Origin: an uncultured delta proteobacterium
GTDB lineage: Bacteria > Myxococcota_A > Polyangia > Polyangiales > Polyangiaceae
DNA: 64,000 nt
Direction: 5' to 3'
NCBI GenBank assembly: GCA_963841435.1
Contig: CAWJCS010000006.1
Span: 960,001-1,024,000 of the forward strand
Each line of letters starts with the position of its first letter. The first letter of the stretch is position 1. Position numbers and translations under genes: made by a program. A model generated the notes under the pieces. It worked only from the letters and a program-made list of their open reading frames with translations, was not told where the DNA came from and searched no databases. Below are positions 1 to 8,411 of the stretch, one piece after another.

Positions 1-687
1 CTCCGCGAGCTGACAGAGCGCCATCAGCGGGACCAAAAGACCCTCAGCGACAAGAAGGAACAAGCGAAGAGCCTCGAAGACCGCCTGTCGCGAGGCCGGC
101 AGAGCGTCGAGGACATGGAGCGCATGCGTTCCGATCTGGTCGGCGAGCTCCGCCAGATGGGTATCCAAGTCGAGCGGTCTCGCGAGAAGCTGGCGCGTTG
201 CCGTACCGAGCGCGAGGCGAACGCGGCGCAGCGTGAAGTGGAGGAGCTTCGCAAGCTGTTCCGCGACCGCGAGATCGAGCTCGAGAAGCTCGACGGGCTG
301 ATGCAGCAGGCGCGCGGCGAAATCGATCAGGCGCTCGAGCAGCACGGGGCCGTTTCGGGCGACCTCGGCTCGAGCGAGTCCGACTCGATGAACCGCTTGG
401 CGACCTCCGAGGAGGAGCTCGCGCGCAAGCAGGCCGAGCGGGAGCTCATCGTGCCCAAGATCAAGCCCGATCTCTACCGGCGCTACGAGATGATCCGAAA
501 GCGCAAGGGAACGGCGCTCGCCTGGACGCGAGATGGCACGTGCAGCGCCTGCCACATCCGGCTCCAGCCGATGCTCTTTCAGAAGCTTCTGAGGGCGGAT
601 GAGTTCGGGCAGTGCCCGAGCTGCAACCGCATTCTCTACTTCCGCCCCGAAGCCCGTCCGGAGAATAGCCCGTCCGGAGGGCCGTGA
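1..687 (+). CDS. Coiled-coil protein with C-terminal C4 zinc ribbon (DUF164/CT398-like), 5' partial
   Basis: Frame is open from base 1; long E/K/R-rich coiled coil, then YEMIRKRKG...CSACH...CPSCNRILY. Confidence 0.85.
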   Translation, partial: LRELTERHQRDQKTLSDKKEQAKSLEDRLSRGRQSVEDMERMRSDLVGELRQMGIQVERSREKLARCRTEREANAAQREVEELRKLFRDREIELEKLDGLMQQARGEIDQALEQHGAVSGDLGSSESDSMNRLATSEEELARKQAERELIVPKIKPDLYRRYEMIRKRKGTALAWTRDGTCSACHIRLQPMLFQKLLRADEFGQCPSCNRILYFRPEARPENSPSGGP

Positions 688-718
688 GCGGCGCGGCTCC
701 CGAAGCGCACAGCGCGTC

Positions 719-2036
719 ATGAAGGCGTGCGCGAGCTGTGGTCGTCTTTACCCTGACGACGCGGGGTTCTGTCCCGTCGACGGCACGGCGCTCACGAGCG
801 CCACGCAGGTGCCCGTGGCGGTCGACTCCCAAGACGCGCGCGTCGGGCAGCTCGTGTGCGAGCGCTACCAGGTGCGTCGCGTCGTCGCCGACGGCGGGAT
901 GGGGCGCGTCTACGAGGCGCTCGACATGGCGGAGCGCCGGAACGTCGCGCTCAAGATCCTGCATGCCGACGTGGCGCGGGACGAGGTGTCCGTCCAGCGG
1001 TTCAAGCGCGAGTTTTCCGTCAGCATGCAGCTGCCGCACGCGCACATCGTCGAGGTGTTGGGCTTTCAGCCGACCGCGGACGGCACCTACGCGCTCGTCA
1101 TGGAGTTTTTGTACGGCGAAGAGCTCCGCAGCACGCTGAAGCGCGAAGGTGTGATCCCGCCGGCGCGCGTCGTAAGGCTCCTCAGCCAGGTGGCTCTCGG
1201 CGCTCGACGCGGCGCACGCCCAGAAGCTCGTTCACCGCGATCTCAAGCCCGACAACCTGTTTCTCTGTCAGACGCGCGAAGGCGACATCGTCAAAATCCT
1301 CGATTTTGGCTCGGTCAAGGACAAGGGCGAGAAGGCGAAGAAGCTCACGGTGCTCGGCACGACGATCGGATCGCCCTTTTACATGGCGCCCGAGCAGGCC
1401 CAGGGCCTCGACACGCTCGACCACCGCGCCGACGTCTGGGCGCTCGCCGCGATCGCCTACGAGTGCGTGACCGGGCACGTGCCCTTTCAGGGGAACAACG
1501 GCCCGAGCATCCTGCTCGAGATCCTGACCAAGGAGCCGAAGCCCCCGAGCGAGGTCGGGAAGGGCCAGAAGCATCCCGTGCCCCCCACGCTCGATGTCGT
1601 GATGGCGCAGGCCTTCAAGAAGATGCCGGCGTTGCGCTGGTCGTCGGTAGGCGCGTTCGCGGACGCCGTCGCGCAGGCGTACGGGCTCGAGGGCTCGCAC
1701 ACTCACTGGGCGAACGTGCCGGAAGCGGAGATCACGGCCCGCATCGATGCAAAGATGCCCGCTCTGATGCAGGCCGCCGCAGCGCCGAAGCGCTCCGCCG
1801 ACGCGGCCGACTCGTTCTTCGGCGAGTCGGATGCCCTGGCGGCGCCGGGCGCGTTCGCGGCGCCGGCGGGCGCACCCGCTGGGCTCGGCCCGGTTTCCGG
1901 TGGCGCTCCGACGTCGGTCGAGTTGCGCGCGGCGGGCGTACCGAAGAAGGGGCCGAGCTTGCCCATGCTGCTGCTCGTCGGCGGCGGTGCGCTGCTCTTG
2001 GGCATGGCGCTCGTGCTGTTCCTGCTCCTGCGCTGA
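719..2036 (+). CDS. Hanks-type Ser/Thr protein kinase with N-terminal zinc finger and C-terminal TM helix; +1 frameshift near 1199
   Basis: MKACASC..FCPVDG, GGMGRVY and VALKIL in one frame; HRDLKPDN, DFG, YMAPEQ and DVWAL in the next; removing one G at 1199-1200 restores LSQVAL-ALDAAH. Confidence 0.9.
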
Positions 2037-2072
2037 CCCTCGGCGGAGGGTGTGGTACCATGGTGGGCCGTG

Positions 2073-2636
2073 ATGAAGAGGATCGCCGCCGGATTCGCGT
2101 TCGTGGTTTTCGCTCCGCTCGCTCTCGCGTGTAAGCGAGAGGCTCCCCCTGTCACGCAGGAAGCGCGGGCACCGACGGCGGGGGCCGTCGCGGCCGACGA
2201 GCCTCGGTCGCCTCCGGCGGGCGCGGACGCACCGGCCACGCTGCCGGGCACCGATGCGCCGTCCGAGGCGACCGCGGGCAAGAACCGCTACGAAGAGGGC
2301 AAGTTCGTGCTGTCGATCGAGCCGAACGGGGAGTACGCGGCAGGCAAGCAGGGCGTCGTGAACGTCGTCCTGAATGCCGTGGCGCCGTTCCACGTGAACC
2401 AGCAGTACCCCTACAAGTTCAAGACCAAAGAGGCCCCCGGGGTCAAGTACCCCGCCGCCGTCGTCACCAAGGATCAGGCGAAGCTCGAGGCGCAGCGCGT
2501 GACCATGCCCGTGGCGTTCTCGGCGGAGAAGGCAGGCAAGACGACCGTCGCCGGGCAGTTCGCCTTTTCGGTCTGCACCGAAGAGACCTGCTTGATGGAA
2601 AAGCGGGATCTCGCTCTCGCGCTGGACGTGAAGTAG
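2073..2636 (+). CDS. Lipoprotein, possible DsbD N-terminal-like Ig domain
   Basis: Lipobox LALAC, Pro/Ala linker, beta-rich domain with FHVN and VCTEETC. Confidence 0.65.
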   Translation: MKRIAAGFAFVVFAPLALACKREAPPVTQEARAPTAGAVAADEPRSPPAGADAPATLPGTDAPSEATAGKNRYEEGKFVLSIEPNGEYAAGKQGVVNVVLNAVAPFHVNQQYPYKFKTKEAPGVKYPAAVVTKDQAKLEAQRVTMPVAFSAEKAGKTTVAGQFAFSVCTEETCLMEKRDLALALDVK

Positions 2637-2670
2637 GCGGGGCTCGCGGTACCGAGCGGGGCGAGCTACG

Positions 2671-4932
2671 GTGGAAGCAATGGGGACCGAGATCCTCGAC
2701 GAGCTCCAGGGCATCACCCAAAAGGTGGAGCAGGACTTCAAGGTCGAGCGGCGACTGCTGTCGTTTCGCGAGTACCTGGAGCTGTTTGCCACCGATCCGC
2801 AGCGCTACTCGCGCGACGCGTGCCGGTACGCGCGCGACATGTTCGAGTACTACGGGCGGACGACCATTGCTCGGCCTTGGGGCGAGCAGACGCGTTTCAG
2901 ACTCTTCGATCTGCCGTTTCTGGAGGAACCCGAGGCGACGCGCGACGCCCTGGTGGGGCAGGAGCAGGTTCAGCAAGAGATTTTCAGGGCGCTCGAGAAC
3001 TTCTCGCGCGAGGGGCGCGCCAACCGGCTGATTCTCCTGCACGGGCCGAATGGTTCCGCCAAGAGCAAGGTCGCGAGCTGCATCATGCGTGCGCTCGAGC
3101 ACTACTCACAACGCGACGAGGGGGCGCTCTATCGATTTCACTGGATCTTTCCGAACCAGGCGCGGCTGCGTGGCGCCATCGGATTCGGCGGGCGACGCTC
3201 TTCGGCGCGCCCCGACGACGGTAGCTACGCTCACCTCGCCGACGAGGAGATGGATGCTCGCCTGCAGGTCGAGATCCGCGACCACCCGCTGTTCCTCCTG
3301 CCGATGGACCAGCGAGCGGCACTGCTCGCGCGATTGTTCGAGCAGGCCGGGGTGCACGAGCCGCCACCAGCGTGGGTGCTGCGGGGCAATCTGTCGCACA
3401 AGAGCCGGCAGGTGTTCGACGCCTTGCTCGCGAGCTACGAGGGCGCCCTCGACGAGGTCCTGCGCCACGTCCAGGTCGAGCGCTACTTCGTTTCGCGGCG
3501 CTACCGCACCGGTGCCGTCACGATCGGCCCGGAGCTCTCCGTGGACGCCGGCGAACGCCAGCTCACCGCCGATCGCAGCGCGGCCGCTCTGCCGCCGGCC
3601 CTGCAGTCGGTGACGCTCTTCGAGGCTTTCGGAGAGCTGGTCGACGCCATGGGGGGCATCCTCGAGTTCTCCGATCTTCTCAAGCGCCCGCTCGACGCCT
3701 TCAAGTACCTGCAGATCACGGCGGAAACCGGTCAGGTCCAGCTCCGCTCGCAAACGGTCGAGATCAACTGTGTGCTCATCGGCAGCGCCAACGAGCTCCA
3801 TCTCAGGGCGTTTCGCGAGCATGCCGAGTACGAGAGCTTCCGCGGCAGGCTCGAGCTCGTTCGGGCGCCGTACCTTTTGAGCTACATCGACGAGCGTCGT
3901 ATCTACGACGCGCAGATCGCGCCACAGGTGCGGCGGGCGGTCGCGCCCCACGCCACGGAGATGGCCGCAATGTTCGCCGTGCTCACGCGCATGCGCAAGC
4001 CGAACCCCGAGCGCTACTCGAGGCCCCTGCGCGACGTGATCGACGGGCTCACGGCGATCGAGAAGATGGACCTCTACGCGACGGGAGTCACCCCGGACCA
4101 CCTCGACGACGACGCCGCCAAGCTCTTGCGCGGCGCCGTCCACGACCTTTACCGAGAGAGCGACGCCTATCCGATCTTCGAGGGCAGCGTGGGCGCGAGC
4201 CCACGCGAGATGCGGAGCGTGCTGCTCGACGCCGGTCAGAGCCCTCGCTACACGTGCCTGTCACCGCTCGCCGTATTGCTCGAAATCGAGCGGCTTTGCG
4301 AGCGGGCGGGTGAGTACGCCTTTCTCGAGGAGGAGCGGCTGCCCGGCGGCTACCATGACCACGTGCTCTTCCGAAAGGTCCTGCGAGAGCGCCTCCTCGA
4401 CCTGCTCGAAGAGGAGCTTCGGATCGCGAGCGGGTTGGTCGACGAGTCGCGCTACACCGAGCTTTTCGATCGCTACGTGACGCACGTGAGCCTCTGGGTG
4501 AAGGGCGAGAAGATCCGCAACCCCATCACGGGCCAGTACGAAGATCCCGACCAGCGGCTGATGCACGAGGTCGAGGAGATCCTCGGCGCCGGCGAGCAGC
4601 CGGATGACATCCGCCACGGGCTCATCAATTCGGTCGCCGCGTGGGCCATCGACCATCCCGACGAGCCCATCGACCATACTCGCATTTTCGGTTCGCAGCT
4701 CAGGCGGCTACGCGAGTCGGTGTTCGCGGAGCGGCGCAGCGCCGTGGCGCGGCTTTGTCGCGACGTGGTGCTTCTCCTGCGGGAGGAAGGGACGGGACTC
4801 GATCTCGCGCGCCAGACAGCGGCGCGCCGCGCGCTCGACGTGTTCAAGCAGCGCTTCGGGTACGAGGACGACTCGGCTGCGGACGCCACGGGCGTGCTCC
4901 TGAGCGAGCGCTTCGCGTCCCTGCTCAACTGA
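2671..4932 (+). CDS. prkA: PrkA/YeaG-family AAA+ serine kinase/ATPase
   Basis: 753 aa; LLHGPNGSAKS Walker A, GILEFSDLLKRP, GASPREM, NPITGQYEDPD. Confidence 0.85.
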   Translation: MEAMGTEILDELQGITQKVEQDFKVERRLLSFREYLELFATDPQRYSRDACRYARDMFEYYGRTTIARPWGEQTRFRLFDLPFLEEPEATRDALVGQEQVQQEIFRALENFSREGRANRLILLHGPNGSAKSKVASCIMRALEHYSQRDEGALYRFHWIFPNQARLRGAIGFGGRRSSARPDDGSYAHLADEEMDARLQVEIRDHPLFLLPMDQRAALLARLFEQAGVHEPPPAWVLRGNLSHKSRQVFDALLASYEGALDEVLRHVQVERYFVSRRYRTGAVTIGPELSVDAGERQLTADRSAAALPPALQSVTLFEAFGELVDAMGGILEFSDLLKRPLDAFKYLQITAETGQVQLRSQTVEINCVLIGSANELHLRAFREHAEYESFRGRLELVRAPYLLSYIDERRIYDAQIAPQVRRAVAPHATEMAAMFAVLTRMRKPNPERYSRPLRDVIDGLTAIEKMDLYATGVTPDHLDDDAAKLLRGAVHDLYRESDAYPIFEGSVGASPREMRSVLLDAGQSPRYTCLSPLAVLLEIERLCERAGEYAFLEEERLPGGYHDHVLFRKVLRERLLDLLEEELRIASGLVDESRYTELFDRYVTHVSLWVKGEKIRNPITGQYEDPDQRLMHEVEEILGAGEQPDDIRHGLINSVAAWAIDHPDEPIDHTRIFGSQLRRLRESVFAERRSAVARLCRDVVLLLREEGTGLDLARQTAARRALDVFKQRFGYEDDSAADATGVLLSERFASLLN

Positions 4933-4937
4933 GCGAC

Positions 4938-5762
4938 ATGCTGTTCGACAGCCACTGCCACCTCGATCAGGGGAGCTTTCCGGAGGGTGCCGACACCCTG
5001 CTCGAGCGGGCACTGAGCGCTGGCGTCGGCGCCTTTGCCGCGATCGGGGTGGGTTCGCTCGCGGTCGCCCGGGAGGCGGTCGCGCTCGCCGAGCGCCGGC
5101 GCGACGTCGTGGCGACCGTCGGGGTGCATCCCCACGACGCGAGCACGCTCGACGCCGAGCTCGAGCGGGAGCTCGAAGCCCTGCTGATGAACGAGCGCGT
5201 CGTCGCCGTGGGCGAGGTGGGGCTCGACTATCACTACGATCACAGCCCGCGCGAGGTGCAGCGCGAGGCGTTTCGGCGGGCCATCGCGCTCGCGCGCAGG
5301 GTCGACAAGCCGCTCGTGATTCACACTCGCGAGGCCGCGAGCGACACCCTCGAGATCCTCGAGGGCGAAGGCGCGCGGGACGTGGGTGGGATCATCCATT
5401 GCTTCAGCGAGGATCGCGCGTTCGCCGAGCGTGCCCTGGGGCTCGGCTTTTACCTGTCGTTTTCCGGCATCGTCACGTTCAAGAACGCCCACAGCGTGCA
5501 AGAAGTCGCAAGCTACGCTCCCGAAGATCGCGTGCTGCTCGAGACCGACAGCCCGTACCTCGCACCCGTTCCCGTGCGCGGGAAGAAGTGCGAGCCAAGC
5601 TTCGTCGTTCACACCGCTAAGAGGGTCGCCGCGCTGCGCGGCGTGAGCCCGGAGCGGCTGGAGGAGCTCACGACGGCGAACGCGGCCCGCGTCTTCGGCC
5701 TGTCGGTCGTGCCGGAGCCGGGTGGGCTCGCGCTTGACATCACCCGGCCTGGCCGCTCATAG
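4938..5762 (+). CDS. tatD: TatD-family DNase
   Basis: DSHCHL, GVHPH, GEVGLDY, IHTREA, IIHCFS, ETDSPYL. Confidence 0.95.
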   Translation: MLFDSHCHLDQGSFPEGADTLLERALSAGVGAFAAIGVGSLAVAREAVALAERRRDVVATVGVHPHDASTLDAELERELEALLMNERVVAVGEVGLDYHYDHSPREVQREAFRRAIALARRVDKPLVIHTREAASDTLEILEGEGARDVGGIIHCFSEDRAFAERALGLGFYLSFSGIVTFKNAHSVQEVASYAPEDRVLLETDSPYLAPVPVRGKKCEPSFVVHTAKRVAALRGVSPERLEELTTANAARVFGLSVVPEPGGLALDITRPGRS

Positions 5763-5763
5763 T
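5734..5763 (+). promoter_or_regulatory. sigma70-type promoter of tRNA-Met
   Basis: TTGACA (5734-5739), 18-nt spacer, CATAGT, then GC-rich discriminator; lies within the tatD 3' end. Confidence 0.55.
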
Positions 5764-5776
5764 CCCGGGCCGTTTT

Positions 5777-5853
5777 GGCGAGGTAGCTCAGCTGGTTAGA
5801 GCACGCGCTTCATAAGCGTGGTGTCGCCGGTTCAAGTCCGGCCCTCGCTACCA
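5777..5853 (+). tRNA. tRNA-Met (CAT), probably elongator (Ile2 not fully excluded)
   Basis: Cloverleaf GGCGAGG..GCTC/GAGC..CGCGC-TTCATAA-GCGTG..GGTTCAAGTCC..CCTCGCT-ACCA; no C1 mismatch or GGG/CCC anticodon stem of initiator tRNA. Confidence 0.95.
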
Positions 5854-5859
5854 CCCGTT

Positions 5860-5900
5860 CGTGAGCCCGCCGCGAGACGACGGGCTCACGCGCTTCCTTT
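5860..5900 (+). terminator. Intrinsic terminator hairpin between the tRNA and the convergent response regulator
   Basis: CGTGAGCCCG...CGGGCTCACG stem followed by CGCTTCCTTT. Confidence 0.6.
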
Positions 5901-5921
5901 CGAGGGGCGCAGCCCCGGGTG

Positions 5922-6575
5922 TCAGTTGTTGCCGAAGAGGTCGTGGATCTTCGATTCCAGAGCCACGGCGATCTTGTAGAGGCTCGAGATCGAGGGGCTC
6001 GATTCCGCGCGTTCAATCTGGGAAAGCAGCGAGATACTGAGCCCCGTCCGGCGGCTCATCTGCTTGAGCGTGAGCTCGCGCTCCTTGCGCATCGAGCGAA
6101 TGGTGTCGCCGATGATCTTGTGGAGCTGCTCCTCGGGCGTGCGGGCGAGACCCTTCTTCTTCATGACACGGGCGAGCACCTCTCGGAACTCGTCCACGTT
6201 GAAGGGCTTCTTGATGTAGTCGACGGCGTCCAGCTTCATCGACGCGACGGCCGTGTCCAAGTTCGGGTGTGCAGTGAACATGATCACGGCGATGTCGGTG
6301 TCGATCGAGCGCACCCGCTTCAGCACCTCGATGCCGTCGAGCTTCGGCATCATCACGTCGAGGATCAGGACGTGGTAGTCGCCAGCCCGAATTTCGTCTT
6401 CGACCAGGGTGGGGTCGCTCAACGTCTTGACGATGAAGCCGTCTTTCTCGAGCAGCGTTTGCATGTAGTCGCAGATCGCCTTGTCATCATCGACGATGAG
6501 GATGCGCACGAAAGGGACTTCAATTGCCAAGATCGTTTCTCCTCGGATGGTCCGGGTGGCTGGTTGCAGTGACAC
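5922..6575 (-). CDS. Response regulator: receiver domain plus XRE/Cro HTH
   Basis: RILIVDDD, ILDVMMP, FTAH, YIKKPF; then IRSMRKERELTLKQMSRRTGLSISLLSQIER; exact start uncertain. Confidence 0.9.
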   Translation of the reverse strand: MSLQPATRTIRGETILAIEVPFVRILIVDDDKAICDYMQTLLEKDGFIVKTLSDPTLVEDEIRAGDYHVLILDVMMPKLDGIEVLKRVRSIDTDIAVIMFTAHPNLDTAVASMKLDAVDYIKKPFNVDEFREVLARVMKKKGLARTPEEQLHKIIGDTIRSMRKERELTLKQMSRRTGLSISLLSQIERAESSPSISSLYKIAVALESKIHDLFGNN

Positions 6576-6826
6576 TATAATACGGTCCCGGTTACCACGT
6601 CACTAGATTTCTGGCTGCCCCGATCAGCCTGAATTCATGGGACTTTGTGCCCATTCGGGCTGCGACGCGGCGACGCGGCGGCGCGCCGGCGTCGCTTTTG
6701 CGTGGGCCCGATTTGGGCTCGCAGAACCGCACCGGCGCACACGACCGAACGCGCGCGGTGTCAGCACTTCGCGTCGTTCACGGCGCGCGGGTCGGACGAC
6801 TCGCTTTGCGACGCGAGCGCGAAACC

Positions 6827-8269
6827 TCAGCGCCGATTCTCGAGTGGATCGAACGTGCGAGCCGGCGGCTTCGACGGGGCCGGTGGCTTCGACGGAGCGG
6901 GCGGCTTCGATGGAGTCGGCGGCGCCGCCGCGGTTGGCGTGCCGCGCGCGGGCGACGAAGTGCTCTTCGGGCGCGGCTTGGTCGCCGTCGCCTTCGAGCC
7001 TGTCGATGATTGAGTGGCGCCGCTCGCGCTCGCTCGAGCGCTTGGTGCGAGGGCGACGGATGCCGTGACGTCGGGTCCGGGCGAGGTTGCGGCGGGCGGT
7101 GGCGTCGGAGCCGGAGCGGCGGATGCAGGGGCGAGCATCGCCGAGGCGGCCTCCGCCGAGGCGTCCGGTGAGGTCCCCGCAGGCCGGGTCAAAAGCCAGA
7201 CGGAGCTCGCGACGAGCAACACGGCCACGAGCGCCACGCCACCCCAGAGCATGGACCGTCCCCGCGAGCTGCCCGTCTGGCCCCAAGCGGACTGCGTGCT
7301 CGCTCCGGCCGGGACGCTGGTGGCTTGGGAGGTGCTCCTCTGGCTCGAAGAGATGCCGGCCGCGCTCAGCACCCGCGACGCCCGCTCCGCGCTGCGCGCC
7401 GCGCCGCGCCCGCCGAACGGCGAAAGCGCCGCCGCGAGATCGGCGACGTTGGCGAAGCGCTGCGTGCGGTCCTTCTCGAGGCATCCGAGGATCGCCTGCT
7501 GCAGCGGCTCCGGCAAATCGGGCCGGAAGTTGCGGGGCGCCGGCGGGGGCTGCTGCAGGATCATCGTGCAGAGCTGCGGCATCGTGTCGCCCGTGAAGGG
7601 CACGCGGCCGGTGACGAGCTCGTAGAGGATCGTGCCGATCGCCCAGATGTCCGTGCGGCCGTCGACGTCGCGAGTGCTCGCGAGCTGCTCGGGGGACATG
7701 TAGAGCGGCGACCCCATGACGGCCTGGGTCTTCGTCATGGCGAAATCCGGGCCCGAGGTCGAAGGGGAGGTGACTTTCGAGATGCCGAAGTCGAGGACCT
7801 TGATGCAGTGCGAGCCGTCGGCGCGACGGGTCAGGAACAGGTTCGCCGGCTTGAGGTCGCGGTGCACGATGCCGAGCGCGTGGGCCTCGGCGATTGCTTC
7901 GCAGGCCTGTAGTACGAAGTCCACGGCGTCGTTGACGGGAAGCGCGCCACGCTCGCGCAGCAGCGTAGCGAGATCCTGACCGTCGAGGAACTCCATCACC
8001 ATGTACGGCGCGCCCGTCTCGAGGGTGCCGACGTCGCTCACGCGTGCGACGTGCTCGCTCTTGATCTTGACGGCGGCGCGCGCTTCGCGAGCGAAGCGCG
8101 CCACGGCTTCCGGGCTCGAGAGCGCGTCCGGCAGCAGGAACTTGATGGCCACGCGCTCTTCGAGCGAGAGGTGAAGCGCCGCCACGACCACACCCATGCC
8201 GCCAACGCCGAGCACGCGCTCGATGCAGTACTTGCCTGCGAGGATTTGGCCTTCGTGGACGGGAGACAT
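6827..8269 (-). CDS. Hanks-type Ser/Thr protein kinase with TM helix and Pro/Ala-rich tail
   Basis: LGVGGMGVV, VAIK, HRDLKPAN, DFG, YMSPEQ, DIWAIG. Confidence 0.95.
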   Translation of the reverse strand: MSPVHEGQILAGKYCIERVLGVGGMGVVVAALHLSLEERVAIKFLLPDALSSPEAVARFAREARAAVKIKSEHVARVSDVGTLETGAPYMVMEFLDGQDLATLLRERGALPVNDAVDFVLQACEAIAEAHALGIVHRDLKPANLFLTRRADGSHCIKVLDFGISKVTSPSTSGPDFAMTKTQAVMGSPLYMSPEQLASTRDVDGRTDIWAIGTILYELVTGRVPFTGDTMPQLCTMILQQPPPAPRNFRPDLPEPLQQAILGCLEKDRTQRFANVADLAAALSPFGGRGAARSAERASRVLSAAGISSSQRSTSQATSVPAGASTQSAWGQTGSSRGRSMLWGGVALVAVLLVASSVWLLTRPAGTSPDASAEAASAMLAPASAAPAPTPPPAATSPGPDVTASVALAPSARASASGATQSSTGSKATATKPRPKSTSSPARGTPTAAAPPTPSKPPAPSKPPAPSKPPARTFDPLENRR

Positions 8270-8411
8270 CCGAGCCTCGGCGCACCCGCGCCAGAGCGCC
8301 GTAGGGTAGGCCGAAGGCCCGTGACCTTCAACGAAGGGGCTAGAACCGTAGCCGATCCGCGGTGGTGGTCAGGGGCGAGCGGGAGCGAAGGCTTGGCCGA
8401 TCAGCTCGCCC

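Noticed and set aside
1190..1210. Programmed ribosomal frameshifting at the split genes
   Set aside because: No slippery heptamers or shared stimulators; the affected genes are unrelated housekeeping genes, so consensus error is more parsimonious
6625..6662. Inverted repeat CAGCCTGAAT...ATTCGGGCTG upstream of the response regulator
   Set aside because: Single hairpin with no second copy seen; cannot distinguish a kinase-gene terminator from chance
6860..6920. 18-bp tandem repeats (also 36295-36340 and the GS tract at 22560-22790)
   Set aside because: In-frame low-complexity linker codons (PSKPPA, PSGSAA); not CRISPR or regulatory repeats
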